A stretch of DNA of 64,000 bases from a phage, in the NCBI GenBank assembly GCA_036252695.1, contig GCA_036252695.1_4122.1. One strand, 5' to 3'. The translations under genes were made by a program, and so were the position numbers. Shown here in pieces: positions 35,255-45,631 of this stretch (within the stretch, counting starts at the first letter, position 1; each line of letters starts with the position of its first letter). The notes beneath the pieces are model-generated. The model saw only the letters and a program-made list of their open reading frames with translations, was not told the DNA's origin and searched no databases.

Positions 35255-37060
35255 ATGCAATTAGATAAATTATATACCGATGTAACAAATTTCCTAAATC
35301 AGAGTAATACTGATCTTACTAATGAAAACGCTAATAAAGATGCAAAATGCGTCAATACACATAGAGATTTACTAGCAGGTATTCTATCTAAGCATTATTC
35401 ACAAGATGTTATTCCCACCGAGTTAATGCAATGGCATAATGATGGATATGGTCATATTCATGATTTAGATTACTATATTAGCCCATTGACCAATTGTTGC
35501 TTGGTTAACTATCCTGATATGCTTAAAAACGGCTTCACTATTGGTTGTGCTAAAATTGAAGAACCAAAAAGTTTCAGTGTAGCTTGCACAGTACTGACAC
35601 AAATTGTCCAAGCTGTTGCCAGTTCCCAGTACGGTGGACAATCGTTGGCTCATATTGACGTTGGTCTTGAACCTTACGTCCAAAAGTCATGGGATAAGCT
35701 GTTAGAAAAACAAAAGAAATATAATCTAAGTGATGAGTTCATTGAAGAAGAATTACGAAAAGAAGTATACGATGGATGTCAAACATTACTTTACCAGACT
35801 AATTCAATGATTAGCACTAATGGACAAGCTGCATTCATTTCTCTTAGTTTAGGGCTTAATACTTCTAAATTTGGTAAATTAATCACTGAACAGTACTTAA
35901 AAGTTCATGAGAATGGTTTAGGTAAAGATAAGATTACTCCAGTGTTTCCTAAAGTAATTTTCTTTTTACAAGATGGTATAAACATGAATACCAATGATAG
36001 TAATTATGACCTTAAACAGTTAGCTATGCGTTGTGCATCAAAACGAATCTACCCAGACTTTGTTTCAGTTCCATTAAATCACAAAGTGACTGGAAGTAGT
36101 AGTACTGCTGTAACACCGATGGGCTGTCGTTCATTCTTAGGAAAATGGGAAGATTCAAATGGAAATGAACAATACAACGGTCGTTTCAATTTAGGCGTAG
36201 TTTCTATCAATTTACCTCTAATTGCTCTTGAGAGTGCTTCTGATGGAGAGTTTTTTGATAAGATAGACGAGCACATGAATATTGCATATCGTGCTCAGAT
36301 GAACCGTGTGGAGCGTTTAAAAGGCACTAAAGCGAAGCAGAATCCAATTTTGTTCATGGAAGGTGCATTAGCACGTTTAGGTGCAGAAGAAACCATTGAC
36401 AAGCTATTTTACAATGGTTATGCTAGTATTAGTATTGGTTATGTTGGTCTTGTTGAATGTTCAGAAATCCTCACTGGTTCTATCAGTAAGGAGTTTTGTA
36501 TGTCAGTACTGAATTATATGAAAGTAAAATGTGATGAGTTCAAAAAAGAAAGTAATATTGCTTTTAGTCTATATGGAACTCCAGCAGAGTCGCTTTGTTA
36601 TAAATTTGCACGTTGCATTGAAGCAAAATATCCTTCAGTACTAAAACGTGATTACATCACAAATTCCTTCCATCAACCAGTATGGGTAGAAAGTTCTCCA
36701 TTTGATAAATGGAGTTATGAAGAAGGGTTTGCTTACCTAAGTAACGGTGGAAACATCAGTTATGTTGAATCTCCAAACTTAGCAAACAACATTCAAGCAC
36801 TTGAAACATTAGTTAACTATGCGTACACTAAGATACCATATTTTGGTATTAACCAACCAGTTGACCATTGTTATGAATGTGGCTTCCAGGGTGAGTTCAG
36901 TGTAGATAAACATGGTTTCCACTGTCCGGTATGTGATAATCGTAATGAGAAGACAATCTCAGTGATTCGTCGTGTTTCTGGTTACTTGGGTAATCCTTCT
37001 TCGCGTGGATTCAATAAAGGCAAACAACAAGAGTGTTGTGAGCGTATTCAGCACAAATAA
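35255..37060 (+). CDS. nrdD: anaerobic ribonucleoside-triphosphate reductase
   Basis: Glycyl-radical motif RRVSGYLGNP near the C-terminus, zinc ribbon CYECG...CPVCD, N-terminal NENANKD as in T4 NrdD; start taken at in-frame ATG 35255 after AAGGA (track ORF opens at 35192). Confidence 0.85.
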   Translation: MQLDKLYTDVTNFLNQSNTDLTNENANKDAKCVNTHRDLLAGILSKHYSQDVIPTELMQWHNDGYGHIHDLDYYISPLTNCCLVNYPDMLKNGFTIGCAKIEEPKSFSVACTVLTQIVQAVASSQYGGQSLAHIDVGLEPYVQKSWDKLLEKQKKYNLSDEFIEEELRKEVYDGCQTLLYQTNSMISTNGQAAFISLSLGLNTSKFGKLITEQYLKVHENGLGKDKITPVFPKVIFFLQDGINMNTNDSNYDLKQLAMRCASKRIYPDFVSVPLNHKVTGSSSTAVTPMGCRSFLGKWEDSNGNEQYNGRFNLGVVSINLPLIALESASDGEFFDKIDEHMNIAYRAQMNRVERLKGTKAKQNPILFMEGALARLGAEETIDKLFYNGYASISIGYVGLVECSEILTGSISKEFCMSVLNYMKVKCDEFKKESNIAFSLYGTPAESLCYKFARCIEAKYPSVLKRDYITNSFHQPVWVESSPFDKWSYEEGFAYLSNGGNISYVESPNLANNIQALETLVNYAYTKIPYFGINQPVDHCYECGFQGEFSVDKHGFHCPVCDNRNEKTISVIRRVSGYLGNPSSRGFNKGKQQECCERIQHK

Positions 37061-37068
37061 GGTAAATT

Positions 37069-37401
37069 ATGGATTTAAAGCCAATTGTGGTTAACAAATA
37101 CAAAGAACCGTATGATGTGTATATTGGACGTGGGTCTAAATGGGGAAACCCATTTACCCATATTAAAGATAAACAAACTAAAGCCGAATTCATTGTTAGT
37201 ACAAGAGAAGAATCAATTGAAAAATTCAGAGAATACATTATTGAACGTATTTCTTGTGGAGAAGTTAAGATTGATGAATTACTTGAACTCGCAGGGAAAC
37301 GCCTTGGTTGTTTCTGTAAACCAAAATCATGTCACGGCGATGTTCTTGTCGAAATAGTGAGTGCAATATTAGATGAATTACCAGACGATAATGAAGGATG
37401 A
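37069..37401 (+). CDS. hypothetical protein (DUF4326-like)
   Basis: 110 aa with YIGRGSKWGNPF motif, between nrdD and nrdG; family assignment from memory only. Confidence 0.5.
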   Translation: MDLKPIVVNKYKEPYDVYIGRGSKWGNPFTHIKDKQTKAEFIVSTREESIEKFREYIIERISCGEVKIDELLELAGKRLGCFCKPKSCHGDVLVEIVSAILDELPDDNEG

Positions 37402-37843
37402 TTTAGTAAATGGAGAGGGCGTTCGCTGCTCTTTATTTGTTAGTGGGTGTTCGCACGGATGTGATGGTTGCTTCAATGAAGAAGCATGGGACTACCGAAG
37501 TGGACAAGAGTTCAGTACTGAAACAGTTGAGATTATACTACAGGAACTAAAAAAACCATATGTTAGTGGTTTGTCACTTCTAGGCGGCGATCCATTAATG
37601 AAAAAGAATATAGATGAAGTTTTAAATCTATGCAAAGTAGTTAAAGAAACTTATCCTAGTAAAACTATTTGGTGCTGGAGTGGGTATACTTTAGATGAGA
37701 TTATGAAAAATCATGCTAAAGATATACTTCAGTACTTAGATGTATTAGTTGATGGTAAGTTTATCGAGTCCGAAAAGAATTTAAAATTACCTTTCCGTGG
37801 TTCAAATAATCAAAGAATACTATATAAAAATAAAGATTTTTAA
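37373..37843 (+). CDS. nrdG: anaerobic RNR activating protein (radical SAM)
   Basis: CxxxCxxC cluster (GCSHGCDGC), N-terminus colinear with T4 NrdG; start may be ATG 37391 instead. Confidence 0.8.
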   Translation: MNYQTIMKDDLVNGEGVRCSLFVSGCSHGCDGCFNEEAWDYRSGQEFSTETVEIILQELKKPYVSGLSLLGGDPLMKKNIDEVLNLCKVVKETYPSKTIWCWSGYTLDEIMKNHAKDILQYLDVLVDGKFIESEKNLKLPFRGSNNQRILYKNKDF

Positions 37844-37846
37844 CAT

Positions 37847-37869
37847 AAGCACCCATTGGGTGCTTTTTT
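37847..37869 (+). terminator. rho-independent terminator
   Basis: Perfect aagcaccc-att-gggtgctt hairpin followed by a T-run. Confidence 0.55.
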
Positions 37870-37877
37870 GTTATGTA

Positions 37878-37885
37878 TATAAATA
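37878..37885 (+). promoter_or_regulatory. T4-type late promoter box TATAAATA
   Basis: Exact TATAAATA 34 nt upstream of the first fibre-like gene; the only clear copy found by eye in intergenic DNA. Confidence 0.5.
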
Positions 37886-37919
37886 CATTAACTAATATCT
37901 AATTTATAAGGGATATATA

Positions 37920-40616
37920 ATGTCAAAGAAAATATATGGTGGCTTGGATGTCACACATAATGTGACAGTTAATGGTAAAAGAACAATACAAGGTATCAAT
38001 GATCAAGTATTTGATGCTAATGGCAATATGGAGCTAGATACTTATTCAAGAGATGAAGTACTAGATATCGTCAGTATGATGCCAATTTCCCATTATGGGT
38101 CACAAAACTATCTTCCTGCTGGTGTATCTGGTGATTTCAATGGTGCATCTGAAAACCAGTCCCAACGTAGAAATAAAATTTTATTAGAAAACGATGGTAC
38201 ACTCGTATTATTACGTAGTGGTACAAACGGTAGTGTTGAGGGATTATATTATTCATATTTGGCTAACGCATTATCAGTTGATGACATGAGCCGTACAATT
38301 AACACCAGTCGTCAATACAAGCCTGGTTTTTTCGGTTCAAATCGCGTCGCAATTGGCTTATACAATACTGATCCAAATATTTTACTCGGTAGATATGTAG
38401 ACACTTCTAACAGTACTAATGGATTGTTTATTTCTATTACTAATGGTACATTAGATGATAAATTACATACTGGTTTTTTTGTAAATCAAGCAGATATTTG
38501 CCCTGAAGGTGGTATAGAATTTGCAATGATGGCTGAAGATGGTTCAATCTATGTCTTTAGTGTTCTTAATGAAAATAACCAACTACAGTTAGTTGTTGTC
38601 CGAGTTGTATATAATATTAGCAATGGAACATATACGGCAACTCGTATTACAGGATGGACTACAAAAACATTCTATAATACAACTTATTCTGCACAGAATA
38701 ACATGGTTATTACTAATCAAGTAACTTCAACTAATATAGCAGATAAGCCTTATGTGTATGTACCACAAAACCTACGTGGTATTGGGATTTATATGACATC
38801 CATTGATTTGTATGTTGCACAGCAACCAGGAACACAGAACTTTCGTTTTAGAATGAATGGTGATGCATGGTTTACAATGGCGACATATAATGCCCGACCA
38901 CAACATAGCTACAGCTTTGCATTTAATATGAGTACTAAACAATGCACCCTAGACGCTGGGAATGACATAGGTTCATATCAAGCACCATTGGTTATAACCA
39001 ATACTGGTTCTGCATTAGTGCCTACAGGTAACGTTTTAAATAATGATCCATTATATAATCATGCTAATGCAAGAAACATTTATAGTTCTTATTTTTACTT
39101 AAGTTCAGGTGAAGCTTTTTGTACTGTGTGTCCAAACTTAGCAGAACCATTACTTATGCAAAAAGCAAAGTTTCCTATACAAATTGTTTATAGTATGATT
39201 AACGTTCGTGCAGTACAATCAACTGATTTTAAAGGTGGAGTTGTTAGACCATCCTTTGGTTCAGCAGTTGGTTCATTTATTAATGGTGTGGAGTTGTTAC
39301 CAGATAATAGTACTAAACAATATTCACGTGCGTCTGGTAGTGGTGGGTTTAGACCATCATATGCAGTTCATAAAAGTACTCCTAATTTTACATTTAAATC
39401 ATTATCTTTAGGAACCATACAAGGTTATGAACCTACAACTGAACGTGGTTATGTAGATGATAATGCCAATAATAGAATTTTCATTAGTAGTATTTCAGGT
39501 TCAACTGTAACAACTAATGGCGGTATTTTTATGGTTGGTCAACGTTATTCACAATCATTTTCATATGATAAAAACTTAAATGGTACTGGTGTTATTAGTG
39601 TTACACAATCAGTTCTAGATAACTTTAGAAATACAGAATATGCTAAAGTTCTAAGTGACTGGAACTTATCTTCACAAGCTTATCGTGATATGACATTATT
39701 TGTTCCACAACAAACTGACATTCCGGCTTTTGTTATGTTGAGTACTATAACAAATGACTATAAAAACTATATTAGAATTGCTGAAGTTAACGTTAATACT
39801 AGAGTTGGAAATATAACATCTATTACCTTTAAGCGTTTAGTACTAGAAAATACATATGGTGAAAACTTTACACCTAATGGTAATGGTTCGATTGCATCTT
39901 CTTCTGTTGGGTTAACAATTTATGATGGTGGTTCATTCTACTTCATTGGTGGTTCTGACCCATTAACACATCCAACAATAGGAAATACAGCAACTCATCA
40001 ATTTAGAGCATATGTAACTAAATCAACTGCACAATTTACAAGTTTTGTTATTACTGGTTCTCATGCCAGTTATGAACAAGGAAGACAACCCACTGCGTTG
40101 CCTGGTATTGGATTTGGTATTTTTGATCCACTGGATTATACAAATAAAATGTCATTTCAAAAATATGGAACAACGATAGCCGACTATAATAACTGGACTC
40201 CACAAGGTAGCCCAATTAACGTAGTATCACAAGACGTTGCTCAAGGGTTTATTGTTTATTTTACAGAGGAAACACCAGTTATACTATCAGGTAAGTCTTT
40301 TACACTACCAGTTTCAAATATTGATTTGAGAACTATAAAATCTAATCCAGCAAATACAACATTTTATGTATATGTTAAATTAGAACAAGGGTTGGCAAAC
40401 TACTACATAACTACTGATGTTATTTCCGAAACAGGAACAACTGCATATAATATTTTTTGGATAGGTACTATTCAAACTAACGCAATTCAAATCGAAACTA
40501 TTAATATACAAAAACGTTCACGTTTAGATATATTTGGTGCTTCACTTGAATCAGCAGGTTCATCGTTCCCAGTTAGCTACGGTCTACCATCACAAACAGG
40601 AACCATAAACTGGTAA
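37920..40616 (+). CDS. putative tail fibre / receptor-binding protein (paralog A)
   Basis: 898 aa, Ser/Thr/Asn/Gly-rich; N-terminal, internal and C-terminal (GSSFPVSYGLPSQTGTINW) modules shared with the 939-aa ORF. Confidence 0.5.
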   Translation: MSKKIYGGLDVTHNVTVNGKRTIQGINDQVFDANGNMELDTYSRDEVLDIVSMMPISHYGSQNYLPAGVSGDFNGASENQSQRRNKILLENDGTLVLLRSGTNGSVEGLYYSYLANALSVDDMSRTINTSRQYKPGFFGSNRVAIGLYNTDPNILLGRYVDTSNSTNGLFISITNGTLDDKLHTGFFVNQADICPEGGIEFAMMAEDGSIYVFSVLNENNQLQLVVVRVVYNISNGTYTATRITGWTTKTFYNTTYSAQNNMVITNQVTSTNIADKPYVYVPQNLRGIGIYMTSIDLYVAQQPGTQNFRFRMNGDAWFTMATYNARPQHSYSFAFNMSTKQCTLDAGNDIGSYQAPLVITNTGSALVPTGNVLNNDPLYNHANARNIYSSYFYLSSGEAFCTVCPNLAEPLLMQKAKFPIQIVYSMINVRAVQSTDFKGGVVRPSFGSAVGSFINGVELLPDNSTKQYSRASGSGGFRPSYAVHKSTPNFTFKSLSLGTIQGYEPTTERGYVDDNANNRIFISSISGSTVTTNGGIFMVGQRYSQSFSYDKNLNGTGVISVTQSVLDNFRNTEYAKVLSDWNLSSQAYRDMTLFVPQQTDIPAFVMLSTITNDYKNYIRIAEVNVNTRVGNITSITFKRLVLENTYGENFTPNGNGSIASSSVGLTIYDGGSFYFIGGSDPLTHPTIGNTATHQFRAYVTKSTAQFTSFVITGSHASYEQGRQPTALPGIGFGIFDPLDYTNKMSFQKYGTTIADYNNWTPQGSPINVVSQDVAQGFIVYFTEETPVILSGKSFTLPVSNIDLRTIKSNPANTTFYVYVKLEQGLANYYITTDVISETGTTAYNIFWIGTIQTNAIQIETINIQKRSRLDIFGASLESAGSSFPVSYGLPSQTGTINW

Positions 40617-40627
40617 AGGATTACATA

Positions 40628-41215
40628 ATGGCATTTAAAATAAGAGCAGACCTTAAGGCAATGCAACAAGTTACAGTACAGGGTAAAAGTACTGGACTTG
40701 GTGTATTAGGTAATAATATGACTTATTACCCAACAAATTCAAATGGGGAATGTACATTCCCCTCTATTACCAAAGATGAAGTTAACTTTATTGTCAATGG
40801 ATTACCACTTACACAATACGGAGAATTGTATGATGACGCTAGTCTAAATATTACTTCATCAGGCTATAGTCTTACATTTAATAGACAGATACCATCATTT
40901 ATTGGTGGTTATCTTTATAAATTTCCAGCAGTTTCTATTTTTGCTTCAACTGTTTCATCTGGAACACAAACACAATATGTATATGCAACGTTAGTTCTCG
41001 GTGAACCAATTTATAAAATATCACCAACACAAATACAAGAATCTGAAATTATAATGTTTATTGGAACACTGACCGTTGGTACAAGTGGTATTACAAATAT
41101 AAACATTAATAAAGTATCCAGATTTAGTACATATAGACCTAGTGTTACACAAAAAGGTTCTTCATTCCCAGTCAGTACTGGAAAACCATCAGAAACTGGT
41201 ACAATTGGTTGGTAA
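40628..41215 (+). CDS. short fibre-related protein sharing the C-terminal module
   Basis: 195 aa ending KVSRFSTYRPSVTQKGSSFPVSTGKPSETGTIGW, matching the C-termini of both large neighbours. Confidence 0.5.
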   Translation: MAFKIRADLKAMQQVTVQGKSTGLGVLGNNMTYYPTNSNGECTFPSITKDEVNFIVNGLPLTQYGELYDDASLNITSSGYSLTFNRQIPSFIGGYLYKFPAVSIFASTVSSGTQTQYVYATLVLGEPIYKISPTQIQESEIIMFIGTLTVGTSGITNININKVSRFSTYRPSVTQKGSSFPVSTGKPSETGTIGW

Positions 41216-41231
41216 ATTAAGGAAAAGAAAG

Positions 41232-43961
41232 ATGTCATCAAAACGAATTATAGGAAGTGCCGAGATCCTTGGGAACTTGGCAATTGGACAAAGGTACGCT
41301 ATGCGTACTTTTAATGGAACCTCACCGAATGCCAATACTGGAATTGTTCAATATCCAATATATAAGCGTTCAGAAGTTCAAAGTATTTTAGATATGTTGC
41401 CTATATCACGTGTAGGAGAAATGGATTACTTGCCATTAAACGTAAGTGGGTCGTATGAAGGTGCTACACCTATGTCAAGTGACCAAGTAGTTCAGCCAAC
41501 AATTATTGAAGATGATGGAACCGCCGTTGTTCTGCGTAGCGGAACCAATGGTAGTACTAAAGGTTTTTATTATTCATTTATACGAGAAATCAGAAATATA
41601 ACCATGATTTCACAAGAAAGTGTTATTTCAACCAATTCAATGTATAAACCTTCAATTATGAGTAGTACAGAGAATATTAAGTATTTTATTGGCTCTAATG
41701 GTTATGAAATGCTTGGATGTTTAAGTACAGAAGATAATTATATTTTTACTATAACTAATGGTACATTCAACGAAGTATCACATATTCATGCTAAAGTACC
41801 AAGTACTTCTTTTGGTAATGATATGCCTATATATACTCATATTGTTGGAACAAAAGTATATATTTGGTGTAAAGATAAAAGTGTTTCTAATTTAGGATTA
41901 GCACTTTCAATTTATACAGTAGAGCTAAGTGATGTGAAAGCAAGCTCAATGGCATCATTAACAAAAGTTACTGGATTATCAGGGCAAACTGTTCGAAATA
42001 CAAGTTATTCTGCATCTAATAACATAAGAGTGTTTGATAGATTATATAGTGTTGGTACTAGCTCGGATTCATTATTCGAAGTTACATCACCAGTCTCACG
42101 TGTAGAATTTTCGGATTATACAGACTTTAATATACAAGCAAACGTTAGTACTGATTTATCCAAAATACGTGTAACTTTATACCCAACCCATAGAATGGTT
42201 ACACCTTTATATATTTCAACAGTGTATGGTACTGGTATCAGTTTTGTTTATAATATAAACTCAAAATCTATGTCACTAGATGGTTCTGCTCGTGCTCCTG
42301 CTACAGTTTCATATGATAATGGATTTCAAGTTTCTAACCCATTTGAAATCAATATGGTCAACTTTACTGGGACAACTGCTGCTGGTGTATTAGGAAACGC
42401 AGGTGGTTTATGTCAAACCAAAGATGGTTTAGTATTTGCATCTAAATTTAGATGGAGTTCAACTGAATTTTATGGTCTACAACGATATAAGGTTAGTGGT
42501 ACACCGTTTGATTCATGGGTTGCTAGTACTAGATCCGCAAGTAACGTTATAAATGCAAACGTTTTACCAGTTTTTGGTAGTGCTGTTGGTGCAAACCTAT
42601 TAGGTGTACGTTTCATCGATAATAGAAAAATATTATTAGCATGTTCTGGTACGTATGATGATGTAACATATAATTATAATAATACTGTTTTTTCTGAAAT
42701 AGGCTCACAACCAACATATCAATATAACTCAGTTCAAAATAATACTACATTAAATGGTTTTGCACCACAATCTAATCGTAAACAAATAGGTGATGATTTT
42801 ACATACACTGCTATGATTTCTCTTGTTGATACCGATGGTAGTGTTAGATGTTATGGAACATCATTCATTGAAGGTGTATATAAAACAAGTGGTGGATTAT
42901 TAAACCCAGATACTTTAGAATTTGATGAAACATATACAATAGAACCAACGGTATTAGAATCATTAAAACAAGATATTTTTGCTAATCTAGGAAACTCTGG
43001 CATTGTTGGTACACTATCTGGACAAATTGTATTATATTATGTACCTGATAATACTTTTTCTAAATCCATTGCAGTAGTTTCAGCATATAATCTTAACAAT
43101 AACCAAGGTTATGCAATCTATGCCGAAGTTGATGTTGTATTATCTGGATCTAACATAACTTCAGCTACATTGGTAAGTACTAGATATGAGACACTTAGTT
43201 CTGTTACAGGAATTATTACTGAAGCATATATGAAACGTTGTACTGGTCTAACAGTTGCTAAATATTCAGGATTTGGTTATATTGGTGTTGATGCAGTTCA
43301 TCAATTTTCACAACCAGGTAATGCACAATTTAAGATGATGATAGCTAAAACAGTAAATGGTGTCATAACATCAAATCGTTTTTTATCATCTAGTTACATC
43401 CAACTCGGTGCAGCATATCAACATGGTGTTATTCCTGGTGTTGGTTTTGGATATTACAATTTTCAAGATTCTGACTATCAAACCAAATCTGTATTCAGCG
43501 TTTTTGGTACAACATCTGCTGAAATGGATGGTTTAATTAGCGGAAATGGTAGCGTTAAAGAAAAGATTGTGGTAGTATCACAAGACGTTGCACAAGGATT
43601 CTCAGTGTACTTTACACGTGAAGTTCCGGTATTTTTAGGTGGAATTTTCGACAGACTACCTATACAAAGTGTAGATTTAAGTACTGTAAAAAATAATCCA
43701 GCTAATACTACGTTCTATTTGTATATACAAATGAACAGGAATACTAAGAAAGCTTCATATGTTATTAGTACTGAAACTATTGATGAATCTTTAACTAGCA
43801 CTTACATTGGTAAGATAGTTACTGGAACTTCAGGAATTACTTCGATTGATACTGAAAAAGTGACTCGTTTTTTGACATATCGCCCAAGTACAACGAAACG
43901 TGGTTCAGCGATACCTGCCAGTACTGGTGTACCGTCTGGGTCAGGCACACGTTGGAAATAA
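41232..43961 (+). CDS. putative tail fibre / receptor-binding protein (paralog B)
   Basis: ATG at 41232 after AAGGA; shares LRSGTNGS, VVSQDVAQGF..VYFT and C-terminal motifs with paralog A. Confidence 0.5.
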   Translation: MSSKRIIGSAEILGNLAIGQRYAMRTFNGTSPNANTGIVQYPIYKRSEVQSILDMLPISRVGEMDYLPLNVSGSYEGATPMSSDQVVQPTIIEDDGTAVVLRSGTNGSTKGFYYSFIREIRNITMISQESVISTNSMYKPSIMSSTENIKYFIGSNGYEMLGCLSTEDNYIFTITNGTFNEVSHIHAKVPSTSFGNDMPIYTHIVGTKVYIWCKDKSVSNLGLALSIYTVELSDVKASSMASLTKVTGLSGQTVRNTSYSASNNIRVFDRLYSVGTSSDSLFEVTSPVSRVEFSDYTDFNIQANVSTDLSKIRVTLYPTHRMVTPLYISTVYGTGISFVYNINSKSMSLDGSARAPATVSYDNGFQVSNPFEINMVNFTGTTAAGVLGNAGGLCQTKDGLVFASKFRWSSTEFYGLQRYKVSGTPFDSWVASTRSASNVINANVLPVFGSAVGANLLGVRFIDNRKILLACSGTYDDVTYNYNNTVFSEIGSQPTYQYNSVQNNTTLNGFAPQSNRKQIGDDFTYTAMISLVDTDGSVRCYGTSFIEGVYKTSGGLLNPDTLEFDETYTIEPTVLESLKQDIFANLGNSGIVGTLSGQIVLYYVPDNTFSKSIAVVSAYNLNNNQGYAIYAEVDVVLSGSNITSATLVSTRYETLSSVTGIITEAYMKRCTGLTVAKYSGFGYIGVDAVHQFSQPGNAQFKMMIAKTVNGVITSNRFLSSSYIQLGAAYQHGVIPGVGFGYYNFQDSDYQTKSVFSVFGTTSAEMDGLISGNGSVKEKIVVVSQDVAQGFSVYFTREVPVFLGGIFDRLPIQSVDLSTVKNNPANTTFYLYIQMNRNTKKASYVISTETIDESLTSTYIGKIVTGTSGITSIDTEKVTRFLTYRPSTTKRGSAIPASTGVPSGSGTRWK

Positions 43962-43967
43962 TTTTAA

Positions 43968-43996
43968 AGCTCGTCTATTGACGGGCTTTTCTTTTA
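43968..43996 (+). terminator. rho-independent terminator
   Basis: aagctcgtc-tatt-gacgggctt hairpin (one G-U pair) followed by a T-run; a TTGACG-17-TATAAT promoter-like element overlaps its 3' side. Confidence 0.45.
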
Positions 43997-44028
43997 TGTG
44001 TATAATTGAATAAAAATAGGAGGAAATT

Positions 44029-44595
44029 ATGGTTAAATCTTTGCTACCACCACCAAAACGTCATAAAATCAAAGAAATGAAAGAACAACGTACATTAAAG
44101 ATGTACAACAATTTAGTTCAGTTACTGTGTAAAAGTCCATCGCTCAAAGCAGAGTTTAAAACTGATGATGACCGCAAAGCACTAATTGAGATGAAGTATA
44201 TGCTCAGTAAAATGTCCTTTTACAAATTTGTAAAAGAATACACAACTGACCCATTTAGTCCTCGTTGGAGATCCAAACCAAGAGAGTATTTTTACGGTGG
44301 TTCATATACGGATCGCATTCAAGACACAGTGATGGGAGTTGAATTTGAAATCGATTATGAGCCGAATGGTGTGGAAAGCTGGCCGATTGAGAAACGTTTA
44401 CCAAGTGAAGAAGAAATTTATGTTTATGCAAGAAAACTTTCAAATTTCAGTTCAAGAATTACTCTAGGCAATTTAGATTCATTTATTATTTTCTATACAC
44501 GTGTTGGTGTAGATAAAATGGTAACTAAACTCAATGAACTTTCATTACAACAAAAACAGATTAATGCATACAAAGACATTACTGATTTATACTAA
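44029..44595 (+). CDS. hypothetical protein (triplicated family, copy 1)
   Basis: 188 aa; motif D.R..L...KY.LSK shared with the next two ORFs; GGAGG RBS. Confidence 0.55.
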   Translation: MVKSLLPPPKRHKIKEMKEQRTLKMYNNLVQLLCKSPSLKAEFKTDDDRKALIEMKYMLSKMSFYKFVKEYTTDPFSPRWRSKPREYFYGGSYTDRIQDTVMGVEFEIDYEPNGVESWPIEKRLPSEEEIYVYARKLSNFSSRITLGNLDSFIIFYTRVGVDKMVTKLNELSLQQKQINAYKDITDLY

Positions 44596-44601
44596 TGAGG
44601 A

Positions 44602-45123
44602 ATGGATATGTTTTTTGGATCAGTTGGAAAACAAAACAGTACTTTAATTTGGCATGAAATTATCTTTAAAATTATATCTAAAAGCTACTCACTAAAGGAT
44701 ATTATTACCACAGATAATGATAGACGTATCCTGTTAGATGCAAAATATAAATTGAGCAAACACCCTTTACTTTCTTTAATCATTGATTACGTTTGTGATT
44801 ATGAATCTAGTCGTTGGAAGTGGGAAGACGGCGGTTTATTTCGTGGAAAAACATTCTACGGTGCGGAACGATATGTTTTCAGTGATACATCAAATGGCGT
44901 TAAGTTTGTTATTAGAAACTTTAACTCCAAAGAAAATGATTATCTTGAAAGTGGAGTGAAAGTATATATCGATAATAATAGCAATGTACTAACATATGAC
45001 GAATCACTAATTATGTTACAAATAATGCGTGGTGTTGAAGGTGTAAGAAACAACCTTACTAAATTGAAAATCCAGCAAAATGATATACATAATAGACAGA
45101 AAATTAAGGGTTTATATAAATGA
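44602..45123 (+). CDS. hypothetical protein (triplicated family, copy 2)
   Basis: 173 aa paralog (TDNDRRILLDAKYKLSK). Confidence 0.55.
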   Translation: MDMFFGSVGKQNSTLIWHEIIFKIISKSYSLKDIITTDNDRRILLDAKYKLSKHPLLSLIIDYVCDYESSRWKWEDGGLFRGKTFYGAERYVFSDTSNGVKFVIRNFNSKENDYLESGVKVYIDNNSNVLTYDESLIMLQIMRGVEGVRNNLTKLKIQQNDIHNRQKIKGLYK

Positions 45124-45629
45124 TTTCATTTTTCAAAAAGAAACAAAAAGTTGATGAAACCGGATTAGAATCGTTTCTATGGACTCTTATCATCAAAAAA
45201 AGTCCATTGATAAAAGAATATGCTATCAATGATGCTAATAGAAAAACTATCATTGAATACAAATATGAATTATCTAAATGTGATCCAATTGTTTATCACT
45301 TTGCGAAGTACTGTTCAAAAAATTTATCGGATATCACAATCTACCACGAGTCAGTCCCAATGAGTTTTCCTTATGGTGATTGGGTAGATACTTTTGATAT
45401 TTTTGATGGGTCAAATGGTTTCAGTTTCTTTTACTCGTCAAATAAAGCAAGTGTTCGTATTAAAACAGACATAGGTTGGACAAAGCATAGCTCAAATAAA
45501 GAAGATTATAATTTATTAGCTGACGTATACCGAAGTGTGAAGAATTCAAAGGATATTGATGAAAGAATTAAAAAGCAAAATCGTATATCTTTATCACTTG
45601 AAACATACAAGTCAAAGTATGGTGGTTAA
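45120..45629 (+). CDS. hypothetical protein (triplicated family, copy 3)
   Basis: 169 aa paralog (NDANRKTIIEYKYELSK); ATGA overlap. Confidence 0.55.
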   Translation: MISFFKKKQKVDETGLESFLWTLIIKKSPLIKEYAINDANRKTIIEYKYELSKCDPIVYHFAKYCSKNLSDITIYHESVPMSFPYGDWVDTFDIFDGSNGFSFFYSSNKASVRIKTDIGWTKHSSNKEDYNLLADVYRSVKNSKDIDERIKKQNRISLSLETYKSKYGG

Positions 45630-45631
45630 CT

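Noticed and set aside
35192-37060. Group I intron or homing endonuclease interrupting nrdD, as in T4
   Set aside because: The NrdD reading frame is continuous from the conserved N-terminal region to the glycyl-radical motif, with no internal stop or extra ORF; no intron is evident.
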